From Ionaspis alba (Eukaryota): a stretch of DNA of 33,913 nt. Below are positions 11,631 to 21,715 of the stretch, in pieces. A model generated the notes under the pieces. That model saw nothing but the letters and a program-made list of their open reading frames with translations. It was not told the origin of the DNA and searched no databases. The position numbers and the translations under genes were made by a program. The DNA is taken from contig CAXUUL010000089.1 in assembly GCA_964255285.1 (NCBI GenBank), forward strand, positions 1-33,913, given 5' to 3'. Numbering within the stretch: position 1 is the first letter of the stretch; each line of letters opens with the position of its first letter.

Positions 11631-13403
11631 TCATACAGAGAACCCGATATGCTCACGATCATCGTCGACCAACCGCCCGTACTCCAACAAGAGTCTGAAG
11701 AACCACACCTCAAAATCCTCATTCCTCAAGACCTGTCCTGCCCATTCTCGCCCTTGATCTGCTAGTCTCGAAGCCTGCACCTTGCCCGCATCATCTCGAT
11801 CGAAGTATCTCACGCTTTCCATGTACTCGTCACCGGAAAGACCGAATGGTACGTAATGTACCCAAGGTTTTATCCATTCTTCATGCCATTCCCTGAAAAC
11901 CGCCATCTTGAATATCAAGCTCCTACTCTTCAAGAATGCGTAGAACCGACCACTAAAAGCATTACCATCGATATCGAGTAAGTATTTGTAAGCCCACGCA
12001 TGCTGCTGGGAAGCGCCTTTCGCGATCCGAAAGAATTCCCTTTGCGCATCACAATCACCCGGATCGCACTGACCGACGTGGGAGAAATGGACATCAAAGA
12101 GACCTTTGAAGTCTGTTCTATCAATTTCCTTCACATCCCATTCCATATCACCACCAACGGTCCGGTTCTCTAATATCTTAGCTTTGTCAAGTGCATTGAT
12201 CTTCGTCACGACCAGTTGGCGATGCTGCCGTCTCCAACCTCCATCTCGAGAGAAGCCACCAGTGGTCGATCCTCGCCAATACATCAGGTTCTCCTTCTTC
12301 TCCCACTCGTAGTCGGAGGACTCTTTGTAAGGCACTTTGTTTGCCCAATACCATGGCGACGGATACAGGATATCCTGAAAGCTGCTGATCTTGCTCTGGG
12401 AGAAGATGGGAAAGAGATCATGGACGATGTCGAAAGCATTAGGGCGATCAAAGAAACCGAACGTCTTGCGGAAGGAGGGGGACATGCAGATGTCCGAGAA
12501 AGCGGTCTTGTTTTGTACAAACTTAAGGTCGGAGAATGTGTATGACGTTGTGTTATCGTGGATGGACTCATCGAGAGCTCGGGATGGGCTGTCCGGTGAG
12601 CAGGACAGCCGAGATATTGTCCAGGTCGGCTGGTGCGCGAATCGATTGAAGCGGGTGATGCGAACTTCAGGCCAACGCGTGCCGTCATCCATATCGGAGG
12701 GTCTCCCAGACCAGGCATTTTTGGAGCTTACATGGGAGAAGGCAGCTGGGAGAGCCTCATCCGTAGCTTTCTGCACAAGCCGGGTGAGATCCTCGTGAGG
12801 GACGACGACTCGTGGTTCGTCGTGCTTGTTGAAGGGCAGATCCATGTCTGGTAGATATTGAATAAAGTCTTTCATCATTCCGATCGTAGAATCTTGTTGC
12901 CACTCATCTCCGCCGTTCTTGTTCACAACCGTGCCATTGCGTACCAGTATACCCATCAACGCATTGTCAAATCCCAAAGCCTCTTTGGCTCGTCCACGTA
13001 TGATCGCAGGCTCCAACGCCCAGAACGGGAGTAGCGAGTGGTATATGGTGTCATACTCGTCAATGAGCTTTACACCTCTTGCCTTTGCAAACTCATACCA
13101 CTTATCGAAGTTTGGCGGTGGAGAAACTTTGTATCTACGTCGGTACTCTGCGATCGCTTCTTTTAGAGTCTTCGACTGCTTCGCGAGCGTCTCCCTGTGC
13201 TCCTTCTCTGCCTTTGATATGAGCTGATGGATAGGATGGGATTTGGAGGTTGCGGGTGATAGTTCCTTTATGGGCTTTGGAGGGGTCCGATGTAAGTTCG
13301 ATGGGCGTAGACTATCCAAGCGAGCTGGATTGCGCAGAAGCAATACGGTCAAGCCGACAAAGAGGCATAGTGCCAGAAGAGTCAGGATCTGCTTCGCCCG
13401 CAT
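11631..13403 (-). CDS. Glycosyltransferase family 90 (CAP10/Cxt1-like, putative xylosyltransferase), type II membrane protein, single exon
   Basis: 590-aa ORF with an N-terminal signal anchor. Motifs EYRRRYKVSPPPNFDKWYEFAK, LPDMDLPFNKHDEPRV, YWRGSTTGG, YKYLLDIDGNAFSGRFYAFLKS, EWHEEWIKPWVHYVP and FRLLLEYGRL are typical of fungal GT90. Confidence 0.93.
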   Translation of the reverse strand: MRAKQILTLLALCLFVGLTVLLLRNPARLDSLRPSNLHRTPPKPIKELSPATSKSHPIHQLISKAEKEHRETLAKQSKTLKEAIAEYRRRYKVSPPPNFDKWYEFAKARGVKLIDEYDTIYHSLLPFWALEPAIIRGRAKEALGFDNALMGILVRNGTVVNKNGGDEWQQDSTIGMMKDFIQYLPDMDLPFNKHDEPRVVVPHEDLTRLVQKATDEALPAAFSHVSSKNAWSGRPSDMDDGTRWPEVRITRFNRFAHQPTWTISRLSCSPDSPSRALDESIHDNTTSYTFSDLKFVQNKTAFSDICMSPSFRKTFGFFDRPNAFDIVHDLFPIFSQSKISSFQDILYPSPWYWANKVPYKESSDYEWEKKENLMYWRGSTTGGFSRDGGWRRQHRQLVVTKINALDKAKILENRTVGGDMEWDVKEIDRTDFKGLFDVHFSHVGQCDPGDCDAQREFFRIAKGASQQHAWAYKYLLDIDGNAFSGRFYAFLKSRSLIFKMAVFREWHEEWIKPWVHYVPFGLSGDEYMESVRYFDRDDAGKVQASRLADQGREWAGQVLRNEDFEVWFFRLLLEYGRLVDDDREHIGFSV

Positions 13404-14660
13404 TCTCTGCCTTCCCGACTCCGAAAGAGACTCGATGAACGGCGCGAGTACATGGACCAGGACGGTAAGGGTCCCAGATGCGAAGAGTCGTCAGTGAGCA
13501 CCTCGGTAGACCGTGGGAACATGCATCACTAATTGTGAATCAATGTCCTTTTAGGCCGGTCAGCACTGTATACAGCGCTGAAGATAGTGCTCTTGACAAA
13601 TTTGTCTCAACCGTGAACGTTTCATGTTTATCCGAGATCAAAATCATCGTACAATCCTTGTCGCAGATCTCCTGGGCCAAGCTTTGAACGGGCATAAGGT
13701 CCAGCCCGCCGTTGAAAGACGTTTTATTAATTACCCTTTTATCCAGACAAATACACTTGGTATGCGTGATCTTGAGCCGCTAGATATATTGAAAGAGCCT
13801 GCTCGACATCTATCAAGATCAGGTTTTACTATACTTTTCTCCTTGTACGAAGAGAAGTATACAAGCCATAGCTCTTGTTTACACTGGTCAGGCTCTCTTT
13901 AAGTTCTACTTGATTTCATTGAAAACACAGCGAATCTGTATCGGCTTTCCTTGACTCTTTTTTGTTTGAGTCGAGCTGTCATTGCTTAGCGACTGAATCA
14001 GTCCTTTTCCGCTGCCAGCTGTGGCAAGTTTGAGAACCTGGATCGGAACACTGTGCATTGCATCAGCTTGATCTAAGGGTAGAAGTGTAACTCTTCAATT
14101 TTGCAAGAATCGCTGTATCTTGACTTCTTGCTGCATTCCATTCCTCCTCAATCGTAACGTTCGACACTCCTCAAGTATGGTTGGCCCGATAGCGAAGTTG
14201 AACTGCTCTTGGTGATGGCTCTGTGCTGGCTACAAACAGTTTATCGCGATGATTCTCCGAAGCCTATGCTACGTATACGCCGATTAAGAGCCTTTGTCGT
14301 GAGGATGCTGTACCACGATTGGTCCCCTAGTGAGAGCTACCTCATCGCTTTTGAGCTCATGAACCTTGCGGCTGATCATACTCTCGACGTATCCACGATG
14401 GTCGTGCCGGTTATATCAACTCATTATTTCTTCTTCATCGGATAGTATATTCAGACTGGAGTAGTAAGTTTGATTGAAAAGGCTACTCTAGAGTACCACT
14501 CCCACAACAGAAGTCGATGCCAACCCCCCCCTCATCACGTCCGCGCAAACCCCAAGTGATCGACCATGCTAGCAGCTATCTATTGACCAAGGAGGACGCT
14601 CCAGTAACCCGCATTTTTCACTGCCAACCGAAGACCTTCCCCATCTTATACCACGCCCGT

Positions 14661-14990
14661 TTAACCGAAGACACATATGCAGGTGCTGTGGAACGATCAG
14701 TCCATACTCTTTGCCTTTTGAGGCCAAGGGAAACTCACGTTCGGAGGAAGCCACCGCAGTATCCACCAGTTCGGCCACCTTTGAGGGTAATGCACTGAAG
14801 TCTGCCGTCAGCTCATAATTCCCGGAAAGACAAAAGGCTCGAAACATACGTGATCGTTGCAAGCCTGTCTGTTGAAAGGACATCCGAACCCACGCTTCTC
14901 GACGCTAACAGGTGCGGCGTCAGCGACTGGGGCGGGTGCTGCAACTGCCATGGCGAGGAAGGGAAGTACGAGAGCGAGATTGAGCTTCAT
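14661..14990 (-). CDS. Secreted fungal defensin (CS-alpha-beta, plectasin/eurocin/micasin-like) prepropeptide, 73 aa; exons 14990-14850, 14794-14739, 14685-14661
   Basis: Spliced: [73 protein letters not shown]. It has a signal peptide, a propeptide ending in a Kex2-type KR, and six Cys in a C..CxxxC..GxC..CxC pattern. Introns: GTATGT..GCTGAC..CAG and GTGAGT..ACTGAT..CAG. Confidence 0.95.
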
Positions 14991-15110
14991 ATTTGCTGGC
15001 TGAGGGGCTTGGAAGCTGGAAAGAGCGATGAAGGGTCTTTGGAATTGTTGGATTGGATGAGAGTCTGAGATGCTGGTGGGATGCTTCTCTTTCGCAGGGA
15101 GAGGAGCCCC

Positions 15111-15118
15111 TTCTTATA
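15111..15118 (-). promoter_or_regulatory. Putative TATA box of the defensin gene
   Basis: TATAAGAA on the minus strand about 120 nt upstream of the defensin ATG, followed by a pyrimidine/CA-rich leader. Confidence 0.5.
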
Positions 15119-16604
15119 GATCTGGCATTCCGTTTCCGGCTCTTTCTATCCACCATGGGAGGCGCTGATCCAGACTGATCTCCTGCAATTCGAGGAAGCC
15201 ATCAACAAAGCATATCTGCTGATCTCGCCCTGAACGTTGCAGCAGTCCTGCTTTAGCGGTCTTGGCCTTGAGGCACCGAGCTCCGTGCTCTGTGGAACTG
15301 CTCCTCTCACAACCTCTCGTTACTCAAGAGGGTCAAACAGACTTCCTTGCTTGGTGCCGTCTGGATCATCATCTCGGTGGTCTTTCCAGCATCGAATTCC
15401 GCCTACGTTACCGACTCCAGTCCTAGCACCTTGGCATTCATCAGAAGGCCAGTCATTCGCGCTGTTTGGATGAGACTCTGCGGCAAAGTCGACGATTAGG
15501 AGTAGTAGGCGGTGGTGCTCTCGGAACGCTGCTTGATGGTGTACCTTCCAAGACGTAGCATCGTCAATCTTGTCCGTCGTCAAGGCATCGCTTGTGCTCG
15601 GTAGGACCAATTCGCTACGAAGAACCAGAGTGGTTGCTAATGAAAAGGACCAAAGAGTTCGAATAGGTGGATGTTGGAACTATTAGCGTCTTTTGCGGCT
15701 CTCAATCAGCCTCGCTACAACATCCTTCCCGTCTTGCCAAGCGTTGCTTGCGCCCAGTTGGGCGCAATGTTGTACTGGTTAAGCTCGTCTCGGCAGGGCA
15801 GATTGCGCTATGCTGACCACCCGTGCGGACGGAATGCGGGAGCGGAATGCAGATCCAGACCTCTTGGGTGCAGAAGAGTTCAATTAAAGGCTCTTGGTCG
15901 ACTGGCTCTAGCATCGTGCTGACAACACCGGAGATCACACTAATGTCTGCCAAGAGGCTCCGCGGGGTTAGGGCAGGGAGCTCTCGCGTGAGCTTTCGCT
16001 TAATCTCGTTTGAGACTACTGCGGCTCGTCTCTTACTTCCCGAGAGCGTTTAGTGCAATGCGACGTTAGATACGTCCGGTGGCACCGTTCATGATTATCA
16101 CAATTCCAGAGCAAATATTTTGGGAATGATGAACGGATCGCTGGAGGTTTTGTCCTGAAGAGGATACTTTGAGGGGTAAGATGCACGTGGCAAGAGGTGG
16201 GGATTGCCTCGGTCAATTGGGAACCCCAATCTCACCTTGCAAAGCACTTTAATGTAATGATCTTCATCATGCGAAGCATGAAATAGTGGCCTTGTGGCAG
16301 AGCACCTGGGGTGCAACCATTCCATTACTACGCCCGAGAGCTCGATCCATCGCCCTTTTCCGAGCAGTGCAGCTGTCCATGGTGTTACCGTACAAGGTTA
16401 ATCTGATTATGGATGATCTCCTATCCAACATATGTACTTCGAAACAAGAATAGGTACTCGAAACACTTAGAGACAGCCAGGCTCAGTGAAAGAAGCCGAG
16501 CAATGGGTATCGTGATCAGTCTGGCGAGGCATGTACAGAAAGCTCCCCTTTGTACAAGGAGATGAAAAGACGAAAGGATCACAAGGACGCTCGCTTCACT
16601 ACTA

Positions 16605-18827
16605 TCACTCGGTAGGACTAAACACTCCCTCGTCTTCGCCGCTCTTTCCCATGTCTCTCCCTCCAAAGTCCATGTCCTGGAACTCTGGTTTCGATTTGGA
16701 TTCGGTGGACGAAGATGGCACAACAGAGGTAAGAGGGGCCTCGGTTTCCTCCGAGGTGGGTGACAGAACGGCAGCCTCGGGGAGCACGCGATTAGGAATC
16801 GCTCGCGGAGGACTCGCCGGTCCTGTTGCGAATACCTCTGACTGGCGTCGCTGTAGTTCCTGCAGCTTAACAAGAGGATCCCAATCTTCCTGCTTCGGAA
16901 CACCCTCTGCACCTGGTAGTTCTCCCGCAGCGTCCCTCTCTTCACCCCAGAAACTAGGTCTCCGTACTGGCGCAGGAGTCACAGGGAGACTGGGTCTTTC
17001 GATTTCGGTCGGGAAATCGGTTAGTTTCATGCTCGGACGTCGCTGAGCTGGAGGTTCTTCTGCACCGGGTGAAAGAACGTCTTCGCCAGCAGGAGCAGTG
17101 TTGAGCAGGACTTCGACTTTGGCTCTTCGATTCTGGGTAAGAGCAGAGATATAACGCTCTATCTCGGGCATTTCGTCCCAAGCATTTGTACGTGAGTAAG
17201 TTGCAAAAGGTTCAGGGCTAGAGACACGGACCACCGGCGTTGAAGGACTTGACTCTTCTGGTCCGGTCTCCTCATCGGTTGTTATCGAAGGTGTCACTTC
17301 TGGTGATGGAGCTCTATCTTCTGCAAATACACGAGTGGGTTTCGACTGGTTTTCTTCCCATGGAAATATTGGCTTCGGACGTTCATGGGCTGGTGGCATT
17401 TTTGGTACCTCATACCACATATTCTTAGGCGGCTCGGGATAGGAAGTAGGTGCCTGGAAGAGATGCCTGTCATCAGACATACTGTAAATATCTTTGGGGA
17501 AGTTGGCAGCTTCCGGGCGGGAGTCAGAAGGTGGAGCTTGTCTAAGAATCGTCAACTGAGATACTCCACGGCATTCGTAGACTATGCTCACCTTGCAGGA
17601 TCCCAATCTGCCATTGGCGCAGAGAAACGTCGTTGCTCCACTGTCGGGACAGCCGTGACCTCGCCGTGTTCCAAACTCTCAGCAAATTCAGGCTGCTCTG
17701 TCAATGGAGGTTCTGAGGTGCCAATATCTTTTGGTAGGGGGTGAGTAGCTCCTACAGATGGTGCCGTGGTGGAGAATCCATAGTCCGTCACCTTCTCGCC
17801 CTTCACGTATTGCTGTACATTACGATATCCATGTTGTTTTTGTCCGGATATTGGTAAGTTAGCCTACAAAAGAGTCAGTCGATCGACCGAGAGGGTTTGA
17901 TCATCCCGTACTTGGGCTCTGAAATGTCTCTCGTAGACAGCCCACCACCTGCCCAGCAGTTCCTCGTAAACACCAGTAGCGCCGGTGCCCTCTCGTCCCA
18001 TGAACCAAGGTTTATCCTTTCCGATATAATGTACCATGCTGATTGTGCTTTGAAAATGTCTGTATGCTGGAACGTACTGATAGTGACCACTTGGGGTGCA
18101 ATTGTATGTGAAGCTCAATCTATCCCAATTCCGGAAATGCATGTTCATCAAGCCTTGATCTGCACCATCGAAACTGATACCTCGTTGTGCTAAGGCCAGC
18201 AACGCATAGTAGTCACCCATGTTGGGAGTGAGTGCCAATACACCACTGTTGAAACAATCCGGCCAGCCAATATCTGGAGCTGCAGCAAAACTCGATTCGA
18301 GAGCGAAGAGCTCGTCTGGTGCTCGTAGTGCAACAACGTCTGCGTCTAGGTAGACTATTCTTCGATATTGAGTTTGTTTCCATAACGCTATTTTGGTAAA
18401 GGTCGATGCAAGATCGGGGCGGTCCATTAGGTAGAGATTGGCAGGCGACCTATTGATTATTCGGTCCACAGGTATGATCTGATCGTAGACTGTCTGCAGA
18501 AACATATTGGCACTTTCCATGATCACAAGTACCACAAAAGTCCTTACCTTGAGTTCGTCGATGGTCGATGCTTGTATACTGTCCAGCGTGACAAGCACTG
18601 CAAGCTCTTTTCTCGTGCCATTGTCTCGTAATGAGTGGGCAAGGACCATAGCACCTTTACCATCGTATTAGCAATCAGAAACAACACCCATGAGACTTTA
18701 AACATACCAGGCAAGTAGCTATCGCTCATGAGCAGCTATCAGAGCAGTCAGTCGAAGGAAATCCTGTGCAATATCTGAAACATGATTCTCATACCGTACA
18801 ATACGCTTCCTGAGCTGAAGTAGCCAT
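16605..18827 (-). CDS. Glycogenin (GT8 self-glucosylating initiator) with long fungal C-terminal extension; exons 18827-18795, 18735-18708, 18654-18548, 18493-17912, 17863-17592, 17541-16605
   Basis: MATSAQEAYCT|LLMSDSYLPG|AMVLAHSLR..., TFTKIALWKQTQYRRIVYLDAD (DxD motif), APDIGWPDCFNSGV, SFDGADQGLMN, HYQYVPAY and HYIGKDKPW. All five introns keep the frame. Confidence 0.94.
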
Positions 18828-19576
18828 AATGCCGTGCTATCAAGCCCTCGCCGGAATATTAATGTGCTAGAAGAATGCAGTGAAAGAGCGAGAAAAGGTG
18901 AGAGATGGGGGCGGGTTTCGAAGCTATCACGAGTCTCGAATTTCCCCGCGCATAGAAACTCGAGAAGATCCGTCATAGCGCAGGAGCTAGACCCCCGAAA
19001 GAAGCTCGGTCCAGTTATTATTGCCATCGGCAACCGGAGTCCAAGATTCGAACGACTGCCACTTCCATTGCAGACATACATTTTAGGTATACCTTCCTCA
19101 ATGAACGTCCTTTCACAGAAAAGGGCCGTTTCTCCAGTTGCATTGATTCCATTATTGCTCAGCAACAATCGCGGCCCTGCATCAAGCGGTCCTGGGATTC
19201 CTTGATGGCTCGGAGCTTAAGCTTAAAACCCTTGTGATTTCTGGGGGAACGACTGTTATCCGCCCTTTCCCCATGACAGAGTAGCTCGTTAGATGAATCG
19301 AGTGTAGGTATGTTCTAGTGGATAGGTAAACAAAATCAATACCAAATATGTACATATGCCATCCATTTCCCTATTCCCATTGATCATCAGCAGAACAAGA
19401 GATACACAAAACTCCAAGAAGTGTCCAGCGAAATTGAGTTTCGAAAAGTCCGACCCCATACTCCATCCAGCCACCCATTCATGATCCCGAACGTCGTCTA
19501 TGGCATGAGCTCCCAAAAGATACAAATCCACTCTCCTTCATTTGGTCCAAATTGTTCGCCAAGCTATGCAGAGCAC

Positions 19577-21715
19577 TTACATGACAGCACACCCACCACT
19601 CCTAGCTCGCCTCCTACCGCCTCTCGCACCTCCCTCTTCCTCATCAGCATGTACCATTGCTGCCTCTCTGGCCCTTCTGCGCCTGCGCCGATGACCAGCT
19701 CCTTGCGCTCCGGCCTCCTCAGTGGCGATCATGTATTCTGCCCATTTCCTCTCCAACATGCTGGCACGAGCCAAGTCTCCCCGAAGGACCCGTTTCGTGT
19801 GCTCCTCCACTGTCGGCTGATAACCGTAGAAGCACTTGAGAGAGATAATTTCGCGTGGGTAGTAAGGTGCATTCGAGTCATGCGGCTGACGGTAGAACTC
19901 TGCATTACGCGAGAGGATCTCACGGATCCCGGTCCAATTTACATTTTGACAATCATAGACATCCATGCGAAGACCAACTTCGGGCTTTCCGGATACATTG
20001 CCCACGGTCGCTGATCGATTACGCTTCCTGACTTGGGCTGCTACCTCGGTGAGTACAAGATCTGAGATTCGGGTATTGTCCATATCCAAGCTCTTGAGCT
20101 TGGGACAATTCTTAACAACGGGAAGCATTCCTGTGTCACCCAAGCTTTCGCAATAGCTGATACTTAGATGCTGGAGACGTGAGGCACAAGGTGCTTTGGC
20201 AATATTTTGCAGCGTCGTATTGGTAAGTTCGTCCAGCTCTTCGAGGTCAAGGTGAGTTATCAAAGGGGACGATTCGAGGATGCCCTCCAAGGCTTCATCA
20301 TTCAGCGAGTGACACTGGGACAATTGGAGACCAACAAGAGCAGGGACATTATAGGACATTGTCTTGACTCCTTTGCATGTCAAACCACGACAGCGACTGA
20401 AATCGAGATGACGAAATTTGCGTGGTGGCACCAACGGTCGATCGGTCAACGGATCGATCTCTGGATCGGTGCCTTGGATCAAGACCTGAAGCGACTCGTC
20501 CTCAAAGTCGGAGCAATGAGATATCAACAGCCTCTCCAACGTGTTGCGATTAAAGAGGTCGAGTAGGAACTCTTGATCGTCAAAACCCTTCACTTCACCT
20601 GCCCGAAGGTCCTTAAGTTGCGAGCACCCTTGCACAATCTTTTGCAGCCCCCTGGTGTCAATATGCTGGCACCACGAGACATTGAGTTGCTCTAGTTGAG
20701 GACACCCTTCTGCAATGATCTTCATGGCGGTATTGTTCAAGATAGTCATGCCGGACAAATTAATATGAACCAAGCGAGGATTTCGATGCAGAAAAGAATG
20801 AACAGAACCCCTATCAATATGGCAGCCTTCGATCGAGAAGTTTTCGAGATTTCTGCAGACTTGAGTGATACGCCCACTGTCATCTCTCCATCGCTCTCCC
20901 ATTTGGGCACAACCCCTGAGGTTGAGATCCCTAATAAATGGTCCAGCAGCGGTGAGTACCTTTACCAACGAAGTGCCAGGGATATCTCTGTAGTACTCGA
21001 AAGTATCGAGATTGATCCATAGCTGTCCATCAAAGCACATTTTGCGCCAGCTCTTCGAGACCGCTGAGCACCTAACGAGTTGCTTCGGCTTCAAGAATCG
21101 AAAGATCTGGACCTGAATCTCATGTGGCATCTCAGCCCAGAAGTTGAAGTTGGGTCTTCTGATGCGCGGCTTGGTTTGCGGCACTGGTATTGAGAAATAG
21201 TCGTCCAACACTGTAGAGCTTTGAGGAGGCACTGCGAGGGCAGCACCCATTGAGCTAAATCGAAGCTCCGTGGGCAAAGATACACTTGTAGGTGTGGTGG
21301 TGCCATTCTGAGCATTCCCTTTCTCCACAAGGCGGCTTTGTGACTTATTATGGAAGAAATGCATGTCCCCGCCAGGCGTGCTAGCTAAGGAGGTTGGAGC
21401 TGTAGAAAAGCCCCCGGAGGAATGGGAAGAGTATGAGCTGCCGTATGAATGACTGTATGGCGAAGTAGAGGACGACAGAGAGATACATGACATTGTACCA
21501 AGACCCGAGCTTCTGTATGTGGAGGAAGGGCTCCGTCCCATCCTAGCCAGAGATGATGAGGACAAAGTCCTTTGTAGACCATGGAGTATACGCTGCCGGC
21601 CCTTGAGCTTTGGGGGTGGTTGATCCATAGGCGTGGCATTCGCAACGATGCTTATCTGTGCTGTGGTCTCAGGAGACTCGAGCGTGTGCTCTGCAACAAT
21701 AGGAGTGGTTGCCAT
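19577..21715 (-). CDS. F-box/leucine-rich-repeat protein (SCF substrate receptor), single exon
   Basis: 712-aa ORF with an F-box (FWAEMPHEIQVQIFRFLKPKQLVRCSAVSKSW) followed by multiple cysteine-containing LRRs (e.g. CPQLEQLNVSWCQHI, CPKLKSLDMDNTRI). Confidence 0.93.
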   Translation of the reverse strand: MATTPIVAEHTLESPETTAQISIVANATPMDQPPPKLKGRQRILHGLQRTLSSSSLARMGRSPSSTYRSSGLGTMSCISLSSSTSPYSHSYGSSYSSHSSGGFSTAPTSLASTPGGDMHFFHNKSQSRLVEKGNAQNGTTTPTSVSLPTELRFSSMGAALAVPPQSSTVLDDYFSIPVPQTKPRIRRPNFNFWAEMPHEIQVQIFRFLKPKQLVRCSAVSKSWRKMCFDGQLWINLDTFEYYRDIPGTSLVKVLTAAGPFIRDLNLRGCAQMGERWRDDSGRITQVCRNLENFSIEGCHIDRGSVHSFLHRNPRLVHINLSGMTILNNTAMKIIAEGCPQLEQLNVSWCQHIDTRGLQKIVQGCSQLKDLRAGEVKGFDDQEFLLDLFNRNTLERLLISHCSDFEDESLQVLIQGTDPEIDPLTDRPLVPPRKFRHLDFSRCRGLTCKGVKTMSYNVPALVGLQLSQCHSLNDEALEGILESSPLITHLDLEELDELTNTTLQNIAKAPCASRLQHLSISYCESLGDTGMLPVVKNCPKLKSLDMDNTRISDLVLTEVAAQVRKRNRSATVGNVSGKPEVGLRMDVYDCQNVNWTGIREILSRNAEFYRQPHDSNAPYYPREIISLKCFYGYQPTVEEHTKRVLRGDLARASMLERKWAEYMIATEEAGAQGAGHRRRRRRAREAAMVHADEEEGGARGGRRRARSGGCAVM

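Noticed and set aside
14661..14666. C-terminal Gly of the defensin as an amidation signal
   Set aside because: Peptidylglycine alpha-amidating machinery is not established in ascomycetes, and nothing in the sequence supports it.
10387..14990. Functional cluster of CDO1, GT90 and the defensin
   Set aside because: No shared pathway is supported; CDO1 and GT90 are widespread genes and adjacency alone is not evidence.
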